A DNA stretch of 64,000 nt from the human T2T-CHM13v2.0 reference genome, Homo sapiens: the NCBI RefSeq assembly GCF_009914755.1, contig NC_060931.1. The stretch is one strand, 5' to 3'. The notes beneath the pieces are model-generated. The model searched no databases. It saw nothing but the letters and a program-made list of their open reading frames with translations, and was not told the DNA's origin. Position numbers and translations under genes: made by a program. Shown here in pieces: positions 58,856 through 64,000 of the stretch (position 1 is the stretch's first letter; every line of letters starts with the position of its first letter).

Positions 58856-59809
58856 TTCAAGGGGGCAGGAGGTTACTATTATTAATAGTTCGTTTCCACT
58901 TGACTCCAAGTAAATACATACCTAGTCAGAATATTGCGGAGATAAGAATATGTCACATTGACGGGAATTTCTTTGTTAGTATTCCAATCTCTGCTGACCT
59001 GTTTGATGGGAGACAGCACATTTAATCTTTGGCATTCATGAAGCAGAAATCACACCTCAAGGTCATAGCTGCATGCCCAATTATCCACTATCACCGAAGT
59101 GTAGACAATTTCAAATATAAGTCTATAAAGCTGGTTTGCTATGGTAGTCCTGAGAGGCTGGTAGGATTCTCCCACTACATTTGTGATTGTTCTTGCACAT
59201 AGTAACCTGCTCATAATCGCGACATTTGTGTATTGTATAGTTTCTATAATTATGTCTAATTCAGTTCTTCTAACTTGTCTCTGATTAAAAGTCAGCATTC
59301 ACTGTCCTCATTAGTTAATTTATGCATTGCTTTCAGTGAGAGGGATTAAAATTGTAGCTTGATGAAGTCACTTGAGAATAGTCAAAACTGCAAATGTGAA
59401 GAGTCTACCGTACGCATGCCATTGTCAATAGAGAAGGAGGAAAGGGAGGCCCAGGGTATAGGAGAAAAAGGGAAGAGGCATTTTAAAGTTTATCATTATG
59501 TGAGGCCTGATAGTTTATTAACTTTGAAATTAGAAGAATCACCATGTGGGTTTTTTGGGAGCTGAAAGGAAGATGAAAGTTCATTTTGATAGTGTGAATT
59601 GTGTTGGATAAAATGTTTCCATTTCCATTTCATTCTTTGAATTATTTACTAATTGTTTACATTAACAAAATGATGCCCTTCAAATTCTTCCATTATATTT
59701 CATTTGATGCTGACCATCCCTTTGTGAGGTAGGCAGGGGAGATAGTGTCTCCTTCTTCCATATGTGGATGGGTTCAGAGACTTAAGTCAACTGTGTATTG
59801 ACTAGAAGG

Positions 59810-60200
59810 ATGCCGGTTAAGCTGCTGTTAGATATTCCAAACAAAAGACAATGGCTGAAATAACACAGAAGTGGGTATCTCACTGTCCAGAGGTACAGGC
59901 TGGCAGGTGGCTGACATGCTAAACATGGTTTCCACATGTGTTTTAGCCAGTGAAAGGGGAAAAAAGAGAGTCCAGGTCAAATATCTCCAAGGAAGTGTTG
60001 TAGGAATGGCACTCGTCATTTCTGCACATACACCATTGGTTGGAGTTTGGTCACTTGGCAACTCCTGACTGAAAGGAAGGCAGGAAATGTAGTCTCTAAA
60101 CACTGGCAGCCATATGCCTACCCAAAACTTGGAACCACTGGAGAAAATTACAAGGCGAAAATCTCTACTACAAAAAGTACTCTGATTCCTAGTCTGGGAG
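59810..60200 (-). mobile_element. Old MLT1-type LTR fragment
   Basis: gctgctgttaga...aatggctgaaataacacagaag and tcatttctgcacatacaccattgg...gcaggaaatgtagtct motifs. Confidence 0.5.
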
Positions 60201-61240
60201 CCTTTTCACTCATTCATTGTAAGATACACTTAAACATGCAATGGATATAAAATGCAGAAACACTGTCTGTTTTCATAATTAATCGCTTCTATTTGCATAG
60301 TACTTTCAATTTTTTAAGGCATTTACCTTTGGCCTTCTGAATATATTCCTACAATTAACCTCATTTAATAGAGGAGAAAACTGAGGTGTGTTGATGTCAA
60401 AAGACTTATTTAAGATTAGCATCTGATCATTGGCAAAGGGGACATTAGTCTCTCGTCTCCTGACCTCCATGTGTATATCATTCACTAGACCTGCTGTCTG
60501 TACTAAGAGAAAAACAATTTATAAATCTGAGGAAACTCCAAATAAAGAATACAGCCATTTGATGTCCTTGCTATTTGTTTTGTCTTCTTTTATTAGGTAT
60601 TCTTGTTTCATGATTTTCTAAGAACTTCTGAGTCTTTGCTGCAAAAATAAGTATTATGGTAATCTAAGTGGATGTAGCAACACATTCCAAAGGAATTTGT
60701 AAAATATATTTAAATACAGTAAATTGCCCTTTTATATTTTCTTTGTATATTGAAATAGGTATATGTTATTTGTATACTATGTATTTATAGAAATTACATA
60801 TCTCTTAATGTATTAAGTAGCAGTTTAATACAGCCAATGTTTAATTCATTCATCATCTAAGACTTCTCTTCTACTTTTCCTTTATAAACAATAGTTTGGA
60901 TGTTGTCTGCCATATTAATATCTTTACCTAGAAATATCAGAAATTTAATAGTGTTACAAATCAAGTGTTATTTGTATTCAAATACACAGCTCTTAGGAAA
61001 TGAGATCAATAAACAAAGAAATACATTCTTTTCTAGTATTTTTAGACAGCTAGCCTAAAAATAAATGTGATAGAAAATATTCTGATTCATTATTGCCATG
61101 AACAAATCAGAAGTATATCAGTATTTTATGCTACTATCACATTCTAGAGCTTCTTAAACTTTTTTTCTAATGTATTGCCTCTGATGTTTTATGAAAATCT
61201 CATATTAGACTGTGATGTTTGTGTTTTCTATTGCTTAAAG

Positions 61241-61397
61241 GTGTTATATTACCTTAACTCAATCACTTCATCTAACCATGAGTGGGGCTCCTGCTGGCCC
61301 AGCTGGTACCGGGAAAACAGAGACCACCAAAGACCTAGGACGTGCCCTTGGCATGATGGTCTATGTATTCAACTGTTCAGAGCAAATGGACTACAAA
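61241..61397 (+). CDS. DNAH11: Dynein heavy chain coding exon H (157 nt, phase 2/0); AAA1 Walker A
   Basis: Acceptor ttttctattgcttaaag|G, donor AAA|gtaagt. Encodes [52 protein letters not shown]; P-loop GPAGTGKT at 61296-61319. Confidence 0.97.
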
Positions 61398-61523
61398 GTA
61401 AGTTAGTAAGAGAATAATGTGTAAAACTTTATTCTCTAACATTATTCCTGATTGGGAATTATTCAATATAATAGCGTAAAAACCCCTTCTGTTAAATTCT
61501 GAGTGCCTCACTTTATCATTTAG

Positions 61524-61669
61524 TCCATAGGCAATATCTATAAGGGATTGGTGCAGACAGGAGCTTGGGGCTGCTTTGATGAGTTCAACCGAATCTCTGT
61601 GGAAGTTCTGTCAGTGGTGGCAGTACAAGTGAAAATGATTCATGATGCCATCAGAAACAGGAAGAAGAG
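61524..61669 (+). CDS. DNAH11: Dynein heavy chain coding exon I (146 nt, phase 0/2); AAA1 Walker B
   Basis: Acceptor ctttatcatttag|TCC, donor GAG|gtgagt. Encodes [48 protein letters not shown](R); WGCFDE at 61566-61583. The preceding intron is only 126 nt. Confidence 0.97.
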
Positions 61670-61914
61670 GTGAGTGGCATGCAGGCTATCTCTTGTTACA
61701 AATAGAAAAACATGGAATAATGCAGGTAACCTCCCCTTCACTGTCTATTGCTACCTCTCCCTGTCTCATGAAATAGATAAAGGAAGATTCTGGTCGATTT
61801 GGGGGAATTATTTTGAATAGTCTCCCATTTTTATTAGTGGTTTCTAAGTGTTGAGTACAACACATGTATATTACATTACTTTAATCACTTAAAAAACAAA
61901 CAACTTCTAGGATT

Positions 61915-62217
61915 GGCCAGACACAGTGACTCATGCTTGTGATCCTGGCACTTTGGGAGTTTGAGGCGAGAGGATTGTTTGAGCCCAGAAGTTCAACACC
62001 AGACTGGGCAATATAGCGAGACCTGGTGTCTACAAAATAAATAAATTTTAAAAATTAGCCAGGCATGGTGGCATGTGCCTGTAGTCCCAGTTATTTTTGA
62101 GGCTGAGGCAAGAGGATTGCTTGAGCCCAGGAGGTCAAGGCTGCAGTGAGATGTGTTCGTGCCACCGTGCTCCAGCCTAGGAGACAGAGCAAGACCCTTT
62201 CTCCAAAAAACCCAAAA
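61915..62217 (+). mobile_element. AluJ
   Basis: gaggattgcttgagcccaggaggtcaaggctgcagtgag; TSD acttcta(g/a)gat. Confidence 0.92.
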
Positions 62218-62229
62218 GACTTCTAAGAT

Positions 62230-62880
62230 GCTCATTCCATTGATCAGTTCTCAGTCCTCATCTTTCTTGACCTCTGGCAGCATCTGATGCAGTTGGTTAT
62301 TCTCCACTGCATGATATACTTTCTTCACGTGGGTTGAGGACAACACCTCTCCTACATCTCTCTCCCCTCACAGCGCTTCATTGCTGGTTTCTTCTCATCT
62401 ATAAAATGGGGGAAAGAAGAGTACCTGCCTTATAGACTACTGTGATGATTAAATGCAAAGTACCTGGAAAAATGCCTACCACATAGTAAGCACTATATCC
62501 GTGTTTCCTATTATGTTTTATTGTTATTATTTCCTGGCCAACCCAACTCACGTTAGGCATCACAGGCCCCAGTCTTTGGATTTACTTTCTCTATATTTTC
62601 TCCCCTTGTTGATTTCAACTAGTCCCAGGGCTTTAAAAAAACTCTCTCTATGCTGCTGACTACCAGATGCCCAGGCTTCCTCTCTCCTCATCTCTGGACT
62701 GACCTAAACAACTGCCTGGGGCATCCCAAGGCTCTACTGGAGGTCTCCCAGGCTTCTCATATTTAATATATCCAAAATAAAAATCTTAGTCCTTCCACCA
62801 ACTCCTTCTTTGCTAGTTGTCTCATCCCAATAGGTTATACCTTCATGTTCTTGCAGTAACTTGGGCCAAGACCTTTCAAA
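62230..62880 (+). mobile_element. L2 fragment with nested MIR (about 62390-62530)
   Basis: ttctcagtcctcatctttcttgacctctggcagcatctga L2 motif; ttctcatctataaaatgggg MIR core. Confidence 0.65.
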
Positions 62881-64000
62881 TTATGTTCGAAATCTAAATG
62901 CTTCTCAACACAATGCCACATTCCAAAAAGCAAAACACAGCTGGCACTTACGTTTGATGGCTTAATTTGAGAAATAAATTAGTATAGTATGCAGCACAAT
63001 TCTGGTTCTCTTTGTAACATTTTTATCAACAGGGCAATCTTATTTATCTGGCCCACCTGTGCCCCCTTAGTTTTTAGAATATTTTTCTCAGCTAGCTTGT
63101 CCATAGGAACATTTTCAATGTCCCAAGGATTATCTAGCCTCTTGGACTGTTTACCTGTTGTAGAAGTTTCCAGGTTATCAGGAGATACATCTGGATATTT
63201 CTACATTCTAGAAAATCTCTCAGTCCTTCTGCCACGTGGGCCTTGGGTCCCAGTTTTTTGTGTTCAGGTGTCTGTTTCCTGACCTGTCCCATCTCTAAGG
63301 CCATGATAGAGAGGCTCAGTTATTTGTTCTTAGATCTCCAGCTATATTTTATCTAGCTTTTAGTCAAAATCTTTTTATTTGATGTAACCCAGATGTCATT
63401 TGAGGCCATCCTTTCTTATGGAGATTTATGTAACTGATCCATGTACTGATTTCTGAAAATTGCCGAGAATACTCCTTGGTAGTCTCCTCTTGTCTGAATG
63501 TCTGTAGGTCTGCTCTCTTCATCTTATTTTAGCCCATATGCAGACAGCTCTGCTCCTTCTTGACTTCATGAGCTTATTAAATTCTCTGTACACATGAAGA
63601 TTTAAGAGATGGGACCATGCCTCAATTACAAAGCCTTCTAGTGCCTTGCCAGCTCTACCCTCTGGAGGTCCACACCTTTGACTGTGGCTGTCCCTCCTGT
63701 GTACAATGGGAGAAGAGGCAGTTATTCTGTGGCAAGAGCCACCGCTCTGCGTGTGAGCGGCCCTGCCAGCCTGTCTGCCTTCCCTAGCCTGACATTCTGG
63801 GAAATGAAGTTTTCTCCATTTTTATCTTGACTATACAAAATCCACCTGCTCCTAATTACCTAGTGTCTAAAGCACCCTTAGTCCTAAACACTGTGGTTTC
63901 TTTCTGTGTTTTCTCTTTCATGATGCAGACCCAGCTCCTTAACTGCTTCAGCCCTCCCCTCTCAGCAATGCAAGAGATCAGCCTTATATTTTGTCTCGTT

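Noticed and set aside
61175-61417. 80-aa ORF overlapping exon H
   Set aside because: Wrong frame. The dynein frame (GPAGTGKT) is a different one, bounded by splice sites.

Overview
Primate (almost certainly human) genomic DNA lying inside one large + strand gene: an axonemal outer-arm dynein heavy chain that I recognise as DNAH11. Nine coding exons splice in frame by hand: 10023-10247, 11763-11854, 13089-13215, 29980-30129, 32946-33179, 55688-55819, 57926-58086, 61241-61397 and 61524-61669 (1424 nt). They encode the linker through the AAA1 ATPase, with Walker A GPAGTGKT and Walker B WGCFDE. From memory these are exons 26-34 of the RefSeq model; I could not check that numbering. Five exons are missing from, or in the wrong frame in, the ORF track. 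The rest is intron filled with 18 Alus, old L1s, a full-length THE1 (MaLR) element, L2/MIR, solo LTRs, DNA transposon relics and microsatellites. I see no new gene system, RNA gene or CRISPR array. The most interesting observations are five. (1) One THE1 LTR, but not its sister, has an exact PRDM9 hotspot 13-mer, and both LTRs keep DUX4 sites. (2) An L1 3' transduction with a 17-bp TSD. (3) An exon junction that re-creates the same 5' splice site used as a real donor elsewhere in the gene. (4) A GC-AG intron. (5) A perfect 28-bp higher-order tandem repeat built on AGATATCT palindromes. Repeat subfamily names and boundaries were assigned by eye and are approximate.
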